Positions 63,941 to 64,000 of a DNA stretch of 64,000 bases are shown here, in pieces (positions within the stretch are counted from its first letter, which is position 1; every line of letters begins with the position of its first letter). A program made the position numbers and the translations under genes. The notes beneath the pieces were generated by a model, which was given only the letters and a program-made list of their open reading frames with translations, was not told the origin of the DNA and ran no database searches. The stretch covers positions 2,683,351 to 2,747,350 of the forward strand of contig JBNZDD010013717.1 of NCBI GenBank assembly GCA_050575255.1, given 5' to 3'. This DNA comes from Harriotta raleighana (Eukaryota).

Positions 63941-64000
63941 CATTATCATGGAAATCTGCTTCGACATTGTTGACATGATGGAAGTAAAATTGTTATCAGA

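Overview
Eukaryotic (vertebrate) genomic DNA, not prokaryotic, so most entries in the ORF track are spurious. The repeat content (tRNA-headed DeuSINE-type SINEs, L2 and CR1 LINE fragments, pogo/Tigger-like MITEs, Penelope remnants) suggests a cartilaginous fish, possibly a chimaera; this is inference. All genes are on the + strand: (1) a disrupted 3' remnant of nephrocan (NEPN-like) at about 1-540; (2) a complete 5-exon NUS1/NgBR gene (CDS 3711-20403, 264 aa, ending in the RxG motif EQRMGK) with a CpG-island promoter and a long 3'UTR; (3) exon 1 of SLC35F1 (45365-45495), followed by a long intron that runs off the window. The order NEPN-NUS1-SLC35F1 matches mammalian synteny as I recall it. 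Main findings: the apparent nephrocan pseudogene; a Penelope-type minimal hammerhead ribozyme inside a 42-bp palindrome upstream of NUS1, with a second, core-mutated copy 15 nt inside NUS1 intron 1; ER-stress-like elements in the NUS1 promoter; old DeuSINE tails abutting two consecutive NUS1 splice acceptors; an inverted MITE pair and a pre-miRNA-like hairpin in NUS1 intron 1; and a candidate alternative first exon or conserved element in SLC35F1 intron 1. The assembly is draft quality (N gaps, duplicated overlaps joined by a single n, poly-G). Protein and repeat identifications rest on recalled sequences, not database searches.
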